DNA from: a virus
IMG/VR virus record: IMGVR_UViG_3300022746_000018
DNA: 64,000 bases
Direction: 5' to 3' (one strand)
This document shows, one piece after another, positions 13,881 through 21,396 of this stretch. The notes under the pieces were generated by a model. The model had not been told where the DNA came from and ran no database searches. It worked only from the letters and a program-made list of their open reading frames with translations. The number at the start of each line of letters is the position of its first letter. Positions within the stretch are counted from its first letter, which is position 1. A program made the translations under genes and the position numbers.

Positions 13881-14028
13881 CAAAATATGCTTTCAGTTCT
13901 GGATGTAGTTTAAATAGGTGTGTGTATACCATAGTTAATATAGTATTTCCTGTTACTTCATATACCCTGCCATCCAGGTTAAAAGTATAAATCTTATCCC
14001 TGTGAATTTGGTATCGAAATTTGTCCAT
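13873..14028 (-). CDS. hypothetical mini-protein (51 aa), leaderless
   Basis: The ATG at 14028 lies 7 nt past the TATACT of a consensus promoter. Hand-translated MDKFRYQIHRDKIYTF... Confidence 0.5.
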   Translation of the reverse strand: MDKFRYQIHRDKIYTFNLDGRVYEVTGNTILTMVYTHLFKLHPELKAYFDE

Positions 14029-14034
14029 ATATTA

Positions 14035-14063
14035 AGTATAGTAGAGAATGGCCCTTGTGTCAA
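14035..14063 (-). promoter_or_regulatory. promoter TTGACA-N17-TATACT
   Basis: On the - strand, -35 is at 14063-14058 and -10 at 14040-14035. Confidence 0.6.
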
Positions 14064-14080
14064 GGGTTTGGTTCTCTTAT

Positions 14081-14242
14081 TTACCGCCGAGCTTTATGGC
14101 ATTTACAATTGCACTCTACGCCATTAGAAATTACTTTAATACATATATCATGATGTCCTGTTATACACCAACCGAACTTAGAACCAGTTTCTTTTACTAC
14201 TGGCTCTTCATCTTTAACTTTCTTTGGTCTGCCTCTAGGCAT
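14081..14242 (-). CDS. AT-hook-like (PRGRPKK) Cys/His-rich mini-protein (53 aa)
   Basis: Hand-translated MPRGRPKKVKDEEP...CITGHHDICIKV...CNCKCHKARR. ATGCCTAG overlap with the upstream stop. Confidence 0.55.
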   Translation of the reverse strand: MPRGRPKKVKDEEPVVKETGSKFGWCITGHHDICIKVISNGVECNCKCHKARR

Positions 14243-14612
14243 CGAACTCTCCATTTAGATAATTAAGCATAGTCTGATACTCTTCTACGGATCCCATGAA
14301 ATAATACTCAGCATCTGGACTAGTGTTCTTTGCTTCTTCTAGATTACGAGATACCCAAATCTTTGCATTATGTATTTGGAATAGTAGGTTATCTCTTAGT
14401 TCTTCTTCTGCTTCTTCTAGGGTTGTGCATTTGCTACCTTCAAAGTTGTCTCCGACATACCCCCAGTGAAATGCTTGGTAGTATGGAGGTTCTCCATAAG
14501 AATAATACTTTTCCACATACCAGTGACAATCTTTATCTTTGTGATGATCTAGTCCAACAAACCGCATCCAAAGATAACTAAGCTTTGTGATCTCTTCTTG
14601 TAGTGGTGTCAT
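14235..14612 (-). CDS. hypothetical protein (125 aa)
   Basis: Internal ATG of track ORF 14235..14675 follows GGAGAG and lies 1 nt after the upstream stop. Confidence 0.7.
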   Translation of the reverse strand: MTPLQEEITKLSYLWMRFVGLDHHKDKDCHWYVEKYYSYGEPPYYQAFHWGYVGDNFEGSKCTTLEEAEEELRDNLLFQIHNAKIWVSRNLEEAKNTSPDAEYYFMGSVEEYQTMLNYLNGEFDA

Positions 14613-14613
14613 G

Positions 14614-15129
14614 TTACTCTCCGTTTGTAATATCTCTGAAACCAATAGGTGGATGTGGTATACGTTCTGCACCAATAGCCTCTAGCTTTTCTAGTGCATT
14701 CTTATATGAAATCTTAGTATTTGTTCCTAGCTTACCTGTGCCATACCACTTTAATACCTGGCTATTTGAGACCTTATATACAGGAACATTTGGGAACTGA
14801 GTAATGTCAGTAACGATATATCCTTCAATACTATTTACTTTATTAAAGAATCCTTCTTCATCGAAGCTACGCTTTGAACCTACCATTGACGATGGACAGA
14901 AGTAAATACCTGAATTAGTTAATGATCGGACTTCCCATTTCTTACCAAATCGATCTTCAATGTCCCAACCAGCACCCTCGCTGTCTGCTCTCTTGCCACC
15001 AGTATAATCTCTTACAAGTCTATTCTCTAGAATAAAAGAGGCTTTACGACCATCGTTAAAGTATTCAATTACAGCATCTTTAGAAATACCCAAGGCTTCT
15101 TCAAGAGCCTGAATGTTGAATTTGATCAT
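14614..15129 (-). CDS. putative PD-(D/E)XK restriction-endonuclease-like protein
   Basis: Track ORF 14614..15159 (GTG start); the ATG at 15129 is preferred. The GWDIED...WEVRS pattern resembles a D-x(n)-E-x-K/R nuclease core. Motif-level call only. Confidence 0.45.
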   Translation of the reverse strand: MIKFNIQALEEALGISKDAVIEYFNDGRKASFILENRLVRDYTGGKRADSEGAGWDIEDRFGKKWEVRSLTNSGIYFCPSSMVGSKRSFDEEGFFNKVNSIEGYIVTDITQFPNVPVYKVSNSQVLKWYGTGKLGTNTKISYKNALEKLEAIGAERIPHPPIGFRDITNGE

Positions 15130-15205
15130 TTTTTCGTTCTTCCCTAACACAATATACACAGATAAACATAAATGGTTGACGGTGAGTCTTACAGAAATGC
15201 TTCAT
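15101..15205 (-). CDS. possible Cys-rich micro-protein (34 aa)
   Basis: Strong RBS AAGGAG 6 nt upstream. MKHFCKTHRQPFMFICVYCV... It overlaps the start of the nuclease-like gene. Confidence 0.3.
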   Translation of the reverse strand: MKHFCKTHRQPFMFICVYCVREERKNDQIQHSGS

Positions 15206-15207
15206 TG

Positions 15208-15348
15208 TCACTCCTTCGTTACAAATAATAGTATAAGGGATACGGCTGTAATTGTCAAGGATATCATTGGATCTCCATTAATAATAAATCCACCGATTCC
15301 TACTACCAGCATACCGCTGGCAATTGCTCTAATCATTAAACTAATCAT
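15208..15348 (-). CDS. small membrane protein (46 aa)
   Basis: Hand-translated MISLMIRAIASGMLVVGIGGFIINGDPMISLTITAVSLILLFVTKE. Confidence 0.45.
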   Translation of the reverse strand: MISLMIRAIASGMLVVGIGGFIINGDPMISLTITAVSLILLFVTKE

Positions 15349-15349
15349 A

Positions 15350-15358
15350 TGATATACT
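15350..15358 (+). promoter_or_regulatory. extended -10 promoter (TGaTATACT) for a leaderless + strand gene
   Basis: TG 15350-15351, TATACT 15353-15358. The ATG lies 7 nt downstream. Confidence 0.4.
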
Positions 15359-15364
15359 TTCTAT

Positions 15365-15475
15365 ATGGCTGCTAAGAAAACTTCTACTCGTAACTCAAAC
15401 CGTCAAAACGGCAAGGCTTCTAAGAAACGTCCTAAGATGTTTGATCCTGCTAAAAGACGTTTAGTTTCTATTTAA
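15365..15475 (+). CDS. highly basic 36-aa peptide, opposite strand, leaderless
   Basis: Hand-translated MAAKKTSTRNSNRQNGKASKKRPKMFDPAKRRLVSI. It lies in a 224-nt gap between - strand genes. Confidence 0.35.
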   Translation: MAAKKTSTRNSNRQNGKASKKRPKMFDPAKRRLVSI

Positions 15476-15572
15476 TCTTTTACCCTGCATTATTAATAGC
15501 TTTGCTTGAAATGTTGACAATGATACGATTACACTACCCACTACCCTGATTCCCCAGGTAAGCGGTGTTCCC

Positions 15573-15881
15573 CTACGCTTGTGTCGTGCCATTGCTCTCT
15601 CCCTGCTTCTTCTGATATTCAACACCATCAAACCAGCCTTCAGATGCACCTTCATCTTTGCCACGCATAAAAGCTAATTTCTCAAGAGGCTTTGCTTCAC
15701 GCCACTTCAAAACAGGTCCACCACCAGCACAAGATTGTAGATGTTCGGTCATATCATATTTGATATCAGAACAGGTGCATTCTACAAAGGATTCATCGAT
15801 CTCTTCCCAAGTTTCTCCACAGCAACCTGGGTCTCCGCAACCCCAGATAGTATTGTCTTGCTTTATGTAATAAATAGTCAT
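15573..15881 (-). CDS. Cys-rich hypothetical protein (102 aa)
   Basis: Track ORF with a GCGDPGCCGE motif. Confidence 0.75.
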   Translation of the reverse strand: MTIYYIKQDNTIWGCGDPGCCGETWEEIDESFVECTCSDIKYDMTEHLQSCAGGGPVLKWREAKPLEKLAFMRGKDEGASEGWFDGVEYQKKQGESNGTTQA

Positions 15882-16150
15882 TTGTTCTCTTCCTTGATAA
15901 GTGCGATTAGTTTAATTAGCAGGTCAAGTTCACGCTTCGCTAGTGCAATGCCAAAAAACTCAATGGTGTCATTATACTCTTTTTCTAGCAACTTGATAAT
16001 GCGTTCCGTAGTTTCTTTTACTACTCGTGCATCACGCTCTACCATGTAGCGATCAAATGCTTCACCCTCAACCTCAGCAAGTTCTGCACGACCCTCAACT
16101 CCATACCCCATATACCAATCACGAAGTTCTTTATCTGTTGGTGTATTCAA
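15878..16150 (-). CDS. hypothetical protein (90 aa)
   Basis: Track ORF, ATGA coupling. Confidence 0.75.
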   Translation of the reverse strand: MNTPTDKELRDWYMGYGVEGRAELAEVEGEAFDRYMVERDARVVKETTERIIKLLEKEYNDTIEFFGIALAKRELDLLIKLIALIKEENK

Positions 16151-16151
16151 C

Positions 16152-17318
16152 TTAGTCTCCCTTTACGTTAATAATCTGTCTTAGTGTGTGTCTAATCTTT
16201 ACTAAATCTTTTGCATCTTCCATAACAACATCAATATCTTTGTATGCATTTGGATGTTCGTCAATGAATGCATCGGAGTGTGACCATTCAATACCCTCCA
16301 TCATAGCATCCAAAGACTCTTTTGTAAAGGTCTTACGTGCTTCATTGCGAGAATATTCACGTCCAGCCCCATGTGGTGCAGTGCAGAATGATAACCTATT
16401 TCCAAGTCCCTCAACTACATACGAGGCAGTTCCCATTGATCCTGGAATAAGACCCATCTGTCCTTCATTGGCAGAGATAGCACCCTTACGAGTTATCCAC
16501 AAGTCTTTGCCCCAATGATTCTCAGGCTGAGTAAAGTTGTGATGACAGTTAATTTCTTCAATGATCTCAAAGTCTCCTGCGTGGTGCTTGAAAGCCTTCT
16601 TGACACGCTCCATCATTACTTCACGATTCTTAAATGCAAACTTCTGTGCCCAAGTCATTTCAGCAATATAGCGATCGAATTCTGGAGTGCCTTCTACAAG
16701 GTATGCCAAGTCTGGATCTACAAGGATAATGAAGTTCTTCTTAGCATACTCTTGTGCAACAGCAATGTGATGTGTAGCAATCTTGTTACCAACTCCACGT
16801 GAACCTGAGTGCAGGAATAGCCAGATAGACCCCTCTTCATCTTTCGTAATCTCAATAAAGTGATTGCCAGATCCAAGCGAACCAATCTGGTGTGTCCAGT
16901 TGCTTGCATACTCAGATGGATTAAATCCTGCGTCCAATGCAGACTCTAAAAGTTCTTCTGCTGCATCAAGTGCGTCTGGCTTGACTGTCTGATTATGCTT
17001 AAAAGCTGACAGTGGAATAGCAGACTCAATTGACTCTCGTAATCTTTTAAGGTCCACGGTAGCCAAATCATCTACAGTCTTATTAGTCTTAATAGCCATC
17101 ATTCCACAACCAATATCCACGCCAATTGCAGCTGGCATAATTGCTCCCTGCGTAGGAATTACAGAACCGACAGTTGACCCCTTGCCAAGGTGTGCGTCTG
17201 GCATTAAGGCTAGGTGTGGAAATATGAACGGCATTGATGAAGTCACTTTAGCCTGTTCAAGTGTCTTTTCATCTAAGATGGATGCCCAGTTAAATAGTTT
17301 GTTAGTTATTTGTTTCAC
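16152..17318 (-). CDS. rtcB: RtcB-family RNA 3'-phosphate ligase
   Basis: MPDAHLGKGSTVG, GCGM and GSGNHFIE motifs typical of RtcB. A GTG at 17318 follows AAGGAGAG and overlaps the upstream stop (GTGA). Confidence 0.9.
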   Translation of the reverse strand: MKQITNKLFNWASILDEKTLEQAKVTSSMPFIFPHLALMPDAHLGKGSTVGSVIPTQGAIMPAAIGVDIGCGMMAIKTNKTVDDLATVDLKRLRESIESAIPLSAFKHNQTVKPDALDAAEELLESALDAGFNPSEYASNWTHQIGSLGSGNHFIEITKDEEGSIWLFLHSGSRGVGNKIATHHIAVAQEYAKKNFIILVDPDLAYLVEGTPEFDRYIAEMTWAQKFAFKNREVMMERVKKAFKHHAGDFEIIEEINCHHNFTQPENHWGKDLWITRKGAISANEGQMGLIPGSMGTASYVVEGLGNRLSFCTAPHGAGREYSRNEARKTFTKESLDAMMEGIEWSHSDAFIDEHPNAYKDIDVVMEDAKDLVKIRHTLRQIINVKGD

Positions 17319-17512
17319 TTGTTCTCTCCTTTGATAACATCCTGTAACCATTCAAGACTACTTACAACCTCTGGATAGTCGCTGTTTTCAATGAATTCAT
17401 CGATGATGCCATTGATGCGTTCACGCTCTTGCTTTGCCCCAAGGTCGATGTCCTCTTGGCGAAGTGCTTGCCCCTGACGGACAAGTTCTCTTAGGTGTTC
17501 TTCCCTGCTCAT
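17315..17512 (-). CDS. hypothetical protein (65 aa)
   Basis: Track ORF. Confidence 0.7.
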   Translation of the reverse strand: MSREEHLRELVRQGQALRQEDIDLGAKQERERINGIIDEFIENSDYPEVVSSLEWLQDVIKGENK

Positions 17513-17791
17513 TTACTTTTCTCCTTCACAACATCCATCACAGCCATGCACTTTTCGACTAGGCAGATGTAAATTAATTTCATCTGGGTCTGGGTGACCA
17601 ATTCCATGTGGGCAGATACGTTCCATCATGCTCTTATCTCCACGCCATTTCTGGGGGAATGCCCTCATAGAGTGGTTACTACGATTATGAATAGTGCAAT
17701 ACTCTCCAACACAAGAATCTGAAGAATGCATCCACACAAAAAACTTGGTGGTATGTTCCATAGTGATGATTTTATCAGTTTCTAGGCTCAT
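17513..17791 (-). CDS. Cys/His-rich hypothetical protein (92 aa)
   Basis: Track ORF with CVGEYCTIH...CPHGIGH...HGCDGCC motifs. Confidence 0.75.
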   Translation of the reverse strand: MSLETDKIITMEHTTKFFVWMHSSDSCVGEYCTIHNRSNHSMRAFPQKWRGDKSMMERICPHGIGHPDPDEINLHLPSRKVHGCDGCCEGEK

Positions 17792-18271
17792 TTAGTTCTC
17801 CTTGTGAGTTACCCAGTAATAATTGCATCGTTCACAGCATGGCTCATTGTTAGGATCAATAACAGCACTAGCAAAGTCATGATAGTAAGCATCATCTTTA
17901 CGATATAGATTAGCTTTGTGTGTTGTAGTTACCCTGGCGATAATGTCTTGGTTATTAAACCAGGCTGGCAGCTTTTCGTTCCATGTTGCAGCACGTTGCA
18001 AAGCAATCATAAGTAGATTAGCCTTGTTCTTGTCAGTCTTGATACCACGCTTGTCTGCTTCTTGAACCATGTTAATGGTATAAGTATACAAAGCACCTTC
18101 ATGTCCACGCCACATCTTTACAGCAGGATGGTTACGCCATCCAGCACGTGGGTCTTCATTGTATAGAACATTAAGGATTTGGTAGCACTCTAGAATTTGC
18201 TTGTTAAGACGCTTGTTGTCTAGTGCCTTGGCAGACTCTCGGAAGTCAGCATATGGAAGAAAAGTTTGCAT
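17792..18271 (-). CDS. Pyr_excise-like protein (pyrimidine-dimer DNA glycosylase superfamily, tentative)
   Basis: MQTFLPYADF...LDNKRLNKQ...GWRNHPAVKMWRG pattern recalled from that family. RBS GAAGGACAAC. Confidence 0.5.
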   Translation of the reverse strand: MQTFLPYADFRESAKALDNKRLNKQILECYQILNVLYNEDPRAGWRNHPAVKMWRGHEGALYTYTINMVQEADKRGIKTDKNKANLLMIALQRAATWNEKLPAWFNNQDIIARVTTTHKANLYRKDDAYYHDFASAVIDPNNEPCCERCNYYWVTHKEN

Positions 18272-18305
18272 GTTGTCCTTCGTTTAACGGAAACTTTATA
18301 TATTA

Positions 18306-18334
18306 ATTATACCTAGCGAGGAATAGTTTGTCAA
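18306..18334 (-). promoter_or_regulatory. consensus promoter TTGACA-N17-TATAAT
   Basis: On the - strand, -35 is at 18334-18329 and -10 at 18311-18306. Confidence 0.75.
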
Positions 18335-18342
18335 GCATACGG

Positions 18343-18351
18343 TGATATAAT
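18343..18351 (+). promoter_or_regulatory. extended -10 promoter (TGaTATAAT) for a leaderless + strand gene
   Basis: TATAAT 18346-18351. The ATG at 18358 lies 7 nt downstream. Confidence 0.4.
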
Positions 18352-18357
18352 TATTGA

Positions 18358-18564
18358 ATGGATCTTGAAGAGATGCAAATTGAAATAGATAAGCTTGCTA
18401 ATGAACTTGGACCTAGAGCTGAAGAATTGTTTTCTTTAGCCATTGCTTATGAAAGAACTCAGATGTTCTTAAAACTTAGAGACATCATTATTACTAAAGA
18501 TGCTATGAATGATCAGATTGCTGTTGATACCCTGGCATGGGCATGGCAAGAATTGTCTTTATAA
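18358..18564 (+). CDS. hypothetical helical protein (68 aa), opposite strand
   Basis: Track ORF. Leaderless architecture. It is convergent with the tRNA cluster. Confidence 0.4.
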   Translation: MDLEEMQIEIDKLANELGPRAEELFSLAIAYERTQMFLKLRDIIITKDAMNDQIAVDTLAWAWQELSL

Positions 18565-18565
18565 G

Positions 18566-18638
18566 TGCCCCCAGTAGGGATCGAACCTACGGCCTAGAGA
18601 TTAGAAGTCACTCGCTCTTTCCACTGAGCTATGAGGGC
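18566..18638 (-). tRNA. tRNA-Arg (anticodon TCT)
   Basis: Hand-folded. Anticodon loop CUUCUAA, T arm GUAGG-UUCGAUC-CCUAC, one U-U in the anticodon stem. Confidence 0.75.
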
Positions 18639-18642
18639 TTAG

Positions 18643-18715
18643 TCCCCCAGGGGAATTTCGAAATCCCGACCCTTCGATTAAAAGTCGAATGCTACTGCCT
18701 CTGAGCTACTGGGGG
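18643..18715 (-). tRNA. tRNA-Lys (anticodon TTT)
   Basis: Hand-folded. Anticodon arm UUCGA-CUUUUAA-UCGAA and a perfect acceptor. Unusual U53-U61 in the T stem. Confidence 0.7.
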
Positions 18716-18732
18716 TAGTTATTAAGTTATAG

Positions 18733-18813
18733 TGCTCCAAGTGAGATTCGAACTCACAATCCTTTCGGCAATTGATTTTAAGTCAATCGTGTATACCATT
18801 CCACCATTAGAGC
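18733..18813 (-). tRNA. tRNA-Leu (anticodon TAA), type II
   Basis: Hand-folded. Anticodon loop CUUAAAA and a 13-nt variable arm with a CC-GAAA-GG stem. Confidence 0.8.
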
Positions 18814-18817
18814 ATGG

Positions 18818-18894
18818 TCCTCCAGGTGGGACTTGAACCCACGTGTCACCAACTACGGTTTCAACACCTTATAAGAGTGAGCCGATACTAGAGG
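18818..18894 (-). tRNA. tRNA-like element with canonical acceptor/T-arm but non-canonical core
   Basis: Acceptor CCUCUAG/CUGGAGG and T arm GUGGG-UUCAAGU-CCCAC are clean. I could not fold a normal D arm or a 5-bp anticodon arm. The best hairpin is CACU-CUUAUAA-GGUG. Confidence 0.35.
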
Positions 18895-18902
18895 CTATTG
18901 AA

Positions 18903-19454
18903 TTATAGAGTTGTGATTAAAGAGTCTATTTGTTTATGCAACTCTTCTATCGAACCGTTATTCAATATTACACCATCAAATGGGAAGTTGTCAAGTGCTG
19001 TCTCAGAATTGTGTGCATTTACTGCTTCAACTCCATCCTTAACTACCCTGAAAACCTTTCCGTAATAAGACTTAATCTGAGCAAACTCATTAGGAAATCG
19101 AACATCTGTAAACACTACCTGACTATCAGAACTAACTTTGTTCTGTTGCCATGCTTGATGAACCCAAAAATCTGTTCCAAACATTTGTCTGCCAACCTCA
19201 GTTCCCATTCTTTGCAGTAGTCCACGAACCTGTGGTGACGATTGCTTAACCAACTCCCAGCCAAGACTATCTACAGCAGAACGAAGATGAACTCCTGGAA
19301 CCTCTGGGATATCAGAAATTATTGGGTCAAGTCTATACAGTGCTTCACGCAATGGGTCTGCAAATGCGATACGTTTGAAGCCATAGTTTGTAACCAAATG
19401 CTGTGCAATAGTATCTTTGCCTGTTTGAGCGTATCCGCTAAGACCAATAATCAT
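18903..19454 (-). CDS. deoxynucleoside monophosphate kinase-like P-loop protein
   Basis: Internal ATG (19454) of the track ORF, ATGA coupling. GLSGYAQTGKDT Walker A; resembles phage dNMP kinases. Confidence 0.7.
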   Translation of the reverse strand: MIIGLSGYAQTGKDTIAQHLVTNYGFKRIAFADPLREALYRLDPIISDIPEVPGVHLRSAVDSLGWELVKQSSPQVRGLLQRMGTEVGRQMFGTDFWVHQAWQQNKVSSDSQVVFTDVRFPNEFAQIKSYYGKVFRVVKDGVEAVNAHNSETALDNFPFDGVILNNGSIEELHKQIDSLITTL

Positions 19455-19630
19455 TGCTTTGTTCCTGTTCCACGATTCATACCTGCAACATAACCTGCCT
19501 GGAATGCCTTCAGCTCTGCCTCTGTTGGTGGAAGAGCCAAGGTCACAATCCAATTCTCAGTATCAATCTTTGCTTTACGAATGATTGAATTAAGGAGACG
19601 CTCTTGTTCTCGCTTTGTCTGCCTACTCAT
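19451..19630 (-). CDS. hypothetical protein (59 aa)
   Basis: Track ORF 19451..19642; the ATG at 19630 overlaps the thyX stop. Confidence 0.6.
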   Translation of the reverse strand: MSRQTKREQERLLNSIIRKAKIDTENWIVTLALPPTEAELKAFQAGYVAGMNRGTGTKQ

Positions 19631-20294
19631 GAAGTGCCTCAAATGTCTTTGGGAATGCCTGGTGTGCTAGATCTTTAACAGCATGAGCATACTCCTGGAT
19701 CTCTACCTGTGCATCATGCTCTAGTCGCTGGTCAAGGAATGTCATTACTCCCTGTAGAGAAGTTGTCCAACGCCAACGAACATACATTCCATATGCAGGT
19801 AGGAATAGACGTGCAATCTCTGGAGCAATGTTATCATTCATAGCATCATGATACAGCTTGGTTCCCTGAACAATAAGTTCATTTAGCTTATTAGTATAAT
19901 ATGCTCCATTAGAGAAGTGGATTGGTTCTCCACTACCCTGCTTGCTATTCTCTGGCTTGGAACGCCATGAGGATGCACTAGGAACGTAGAACTCTTCTTG
20001 CTCCGTAATATAACGGCGTGAGCTTTCATTCCAGCCATTCTGGTCGTCTACGTGCGTTGAACCAACGGCATACTTCCACCACTGTCTTGCAACAAATAGT
20101 GGTGCATATACCTCAAATGTGAGGGCTGCGTGACGAAATGGTGACGTGTGACCCTCACGGACGAGGAAGTCAATAAGCTTTGCATCTTTGGGGGTAAACT
20201 CCTCAGACTCTTTATCATACGATACACGAGCAGCATTAACGACAGATAGGTCATTACCAAGAGTATCAACAAGACGAACATAACCTTTATCCAA
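19623..20294 (-). CDS. thyX: flavin-dependent thymidylate synthase
   Basis: RHAALTF and ESSRRY (ThyX motif) are present. Confidence 0.9.
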   Translation of the reverse strand: MDKGYVRLVDTLGNDLSVVNAARVSYDKESEEFTPKDAKLIDFLVREGHTSPFRHAALTFEVYAPLFVARQWWKYAVGSTHVDDQNGWNESSRRYITEQEEFYVPSASSWRSKPENSKQGSGEPIHFSNGAYYTNKLNELIVQGTKLYHDAMNDNIAPEIARLFLPAYGMYVRWRWTTSLQGVMTFLDQRLEHDAQVEIQEYAHAVKDLAHQAFPKTFEALHE

Positions 20295-20313
20295 TACATT
20301 AACAGTATTAATT

Positions 20314-20451
20314 TTATTTACCTAGTTTCTTTTTTAACAGTTTATAAACAATTGTTGCTAGAACTATTTCGAACATTGAGTTCCAAATAAATTCTATAAG
20401 CATTTGAGTAGGATCAGCCAGCGTTTGCCAAACGATATCCCAATTTATCAT
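20314..20451 (-). CDS. small hydrophobic protein (45 aa)
   Basis: Hand-translated MINWDIVWQTLADPTQMLIEFIWNSMFEIVLATIVYKLLKKKLGK. Confidence 0.4.
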   Translation of the reverse strand: MINWDIVWQTLADPTQMLIEFIWNSMFEIVLATIVYKLLKKKLGK

Positions 20452-20453
20452 TG

Positions 20454-20741
20454 TTACTCAATCACAGCAAACAGGTCACGGATAGTGATAACCAGATAGT
20501 CTTCTCCATCATGGGTGATTTCTGTTCCACCATATTGCGAGAATACTACTCTATCTCCTGGCTTTACATCTGGAGTAATCTTTGAGCCATCTGGTAGTGT
20601 AATACCTGGGCCTACTGCTACAACGATACCCTCGTTTGAAACTTCTTTATTACTAGTGATAATGAGACCTGATGCAGACTTCTCTTCTGAAATCTTGTCT
20701 CGCTTTACGACAATTTTGTCTTCAATTGGTTTAAGTGACAT
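20454..20741 (-). CDS. groES: co-chaperonin GroES
   Basis: 95 aa with KP..D.I.V......EKSASGLII...........G.VVAVGPG, the classic Cpn10 pattern. Confidence 0.9.
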   Translation of the reverse strand: MSLKPIEDKIVVKRDKISEEKSASGLIITSNKEVSNEGIVVAVGPGITLPDGSKITPDVKPGDRVVFSQYGGTEITHDGEDYLVITIRDLFAVIE

Positions 20742-20930
20742 TTAATATTCACCTTTCTGGTGCTTAACACCGTGCTTATCGTCAATATACTTGTGAATCT
20801 TTGGAAGGACTATCTTCTTAATAATTATACCGTAGCCGAATGTAATAATCAATACATCAAATACAATATTCCATGCTAATTCTGCCAAAATATGATTTGG
20901 ATCAGTGGCAATTTCCCACCAAGTTTCCAT
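20742..20930 (-). CDS. small membrane protein (62 aa)
   Basis: Track ORF with the TM helix FDVLIITFGYGIII. Confidence 0.65.
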   Translation of the reverse strand: METWWEIATDPNHILAELAWNIVFDVLIITFGYGIIIKKIVLPKIHKYIDDKHGVKHQKGEY

Positions 20931-21145
20931 TAACGCTTTCCTTTACGAATAATCTCTATTGCTCTGTCTAGTCCAGCTTCTAAATGCTTGTTTTCGTCAG
21001 TGCTTTGAATATGCTTTATTTCTTGAACAAGTAATTTAATTAATACCTTGCGAATTTCTGCTGTAACCTTTTTACGTGCTGAGTCAAAGCCTTCTTGCCA
21101 TCCTCTACTTGCTACTGCATCTAAATCTCTTTTTCTTATGAACAT
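20930..21145 (-). CDS. hypothetical protein (71 aa)
   Basis: Track ORF with the RBS AAGGAGGAAAGA. Confidence 0.7.
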   Translation of the reverse strand: MFIRKRDLDAVASRGWQEGFDSARKKVTAEIRKVLIKLLVQEIKHIQSTDENKHLEAGLDRAIEIIRKGKR

Positions 21146-21158
21146 TCTTTCCTCCTTG

Positions 21159-21229
21159 CTCCCCCACCTGGACTCGAACCAAGACTAAAGGCTCCAAAGG
21201 CCTCTGTGCTGCCATTACACCAAAGGGGA
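21159..21229 (-). tRNA. tRNA-Gln (anticodon TTG)
   Basis: Hand-folded. Anticodon arm GAGGC-CUUUGGA-GCCUU, U1-A72, T arm CUUGG-UUCGAGU-CCAGG. Confidence 0.7.
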
Positions 21230-21234
21230 ATGTG

Positions 21235-21308
21235 TGCTCTAGGTGGGATTCGAACCCACAACCTTTTGATCCTAAGTCAAACGCCTCTACCAGTTGGGCT
21301 ACAAGAGC
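21235..21308 (-). tRNA. type-I tRNA with Leu anticodon TAG (5-nt variable loop)
   Basis: Hand-folded. Perfect anticodon arm UUUGA-CUUAGGA-UCAAA, variable loop AGGUU, T arm GUGGG-UUCGAAU-CCCAC, A73. Confidence 0.65.
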
Positions 21309-21312
21309 ATCA

Positions 21313-21391
21313 GTGGCATGTCAGGGAATCGAACCCTTCTAGCAAATTGCACAGGATTTACAGTCCCGTCTCTGTCCCAGCAGCCATGCCA
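21313..21391 (-). tRNA. tRNA-Tyr (anticodon GTA), type II, atypical junctions
   Basis: Anticodon arm CGGGA-CUGUAAA-UCCUG and a variable arm with a GCA-AAU-UGC stem. The acceptor/D and acceptor/T junctions do not fold canonically by hand. Confidence 0.55.
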
Positions 21392-21396
21392 TATGG

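Noticed and set aside
14050-14066. Whether the CCCTTG-TGT-CAAGGG hairpin is a terminator
   Set aside because: The palindrome contains the TTGACA -35 box of the promoter for the leaderless gene at 14028, and no U-tract follows on the - strand.
15461-15664. 67-aa - strand ORF
   Set aside because: It overlaps the 3' end of the well-supported gene 15573..15881 by 92 nt in another frame, and it has no RBS.
16493-16501. A perfect DnaA box TTATCCACA inside rtcB
   Set aside because: It is a single isolated copy in the opposite orientation within coding sequence, which is consistent with chance (about 0.5 expected per window).
21235-21308. Whether the anticodon UAG means an amber suppressor tRNA
   Set aside because: An amber suppressor needs the anticodon CUA. 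The anticodon 5'-UAG-3' pairs with the sense codons CUA/CUG.
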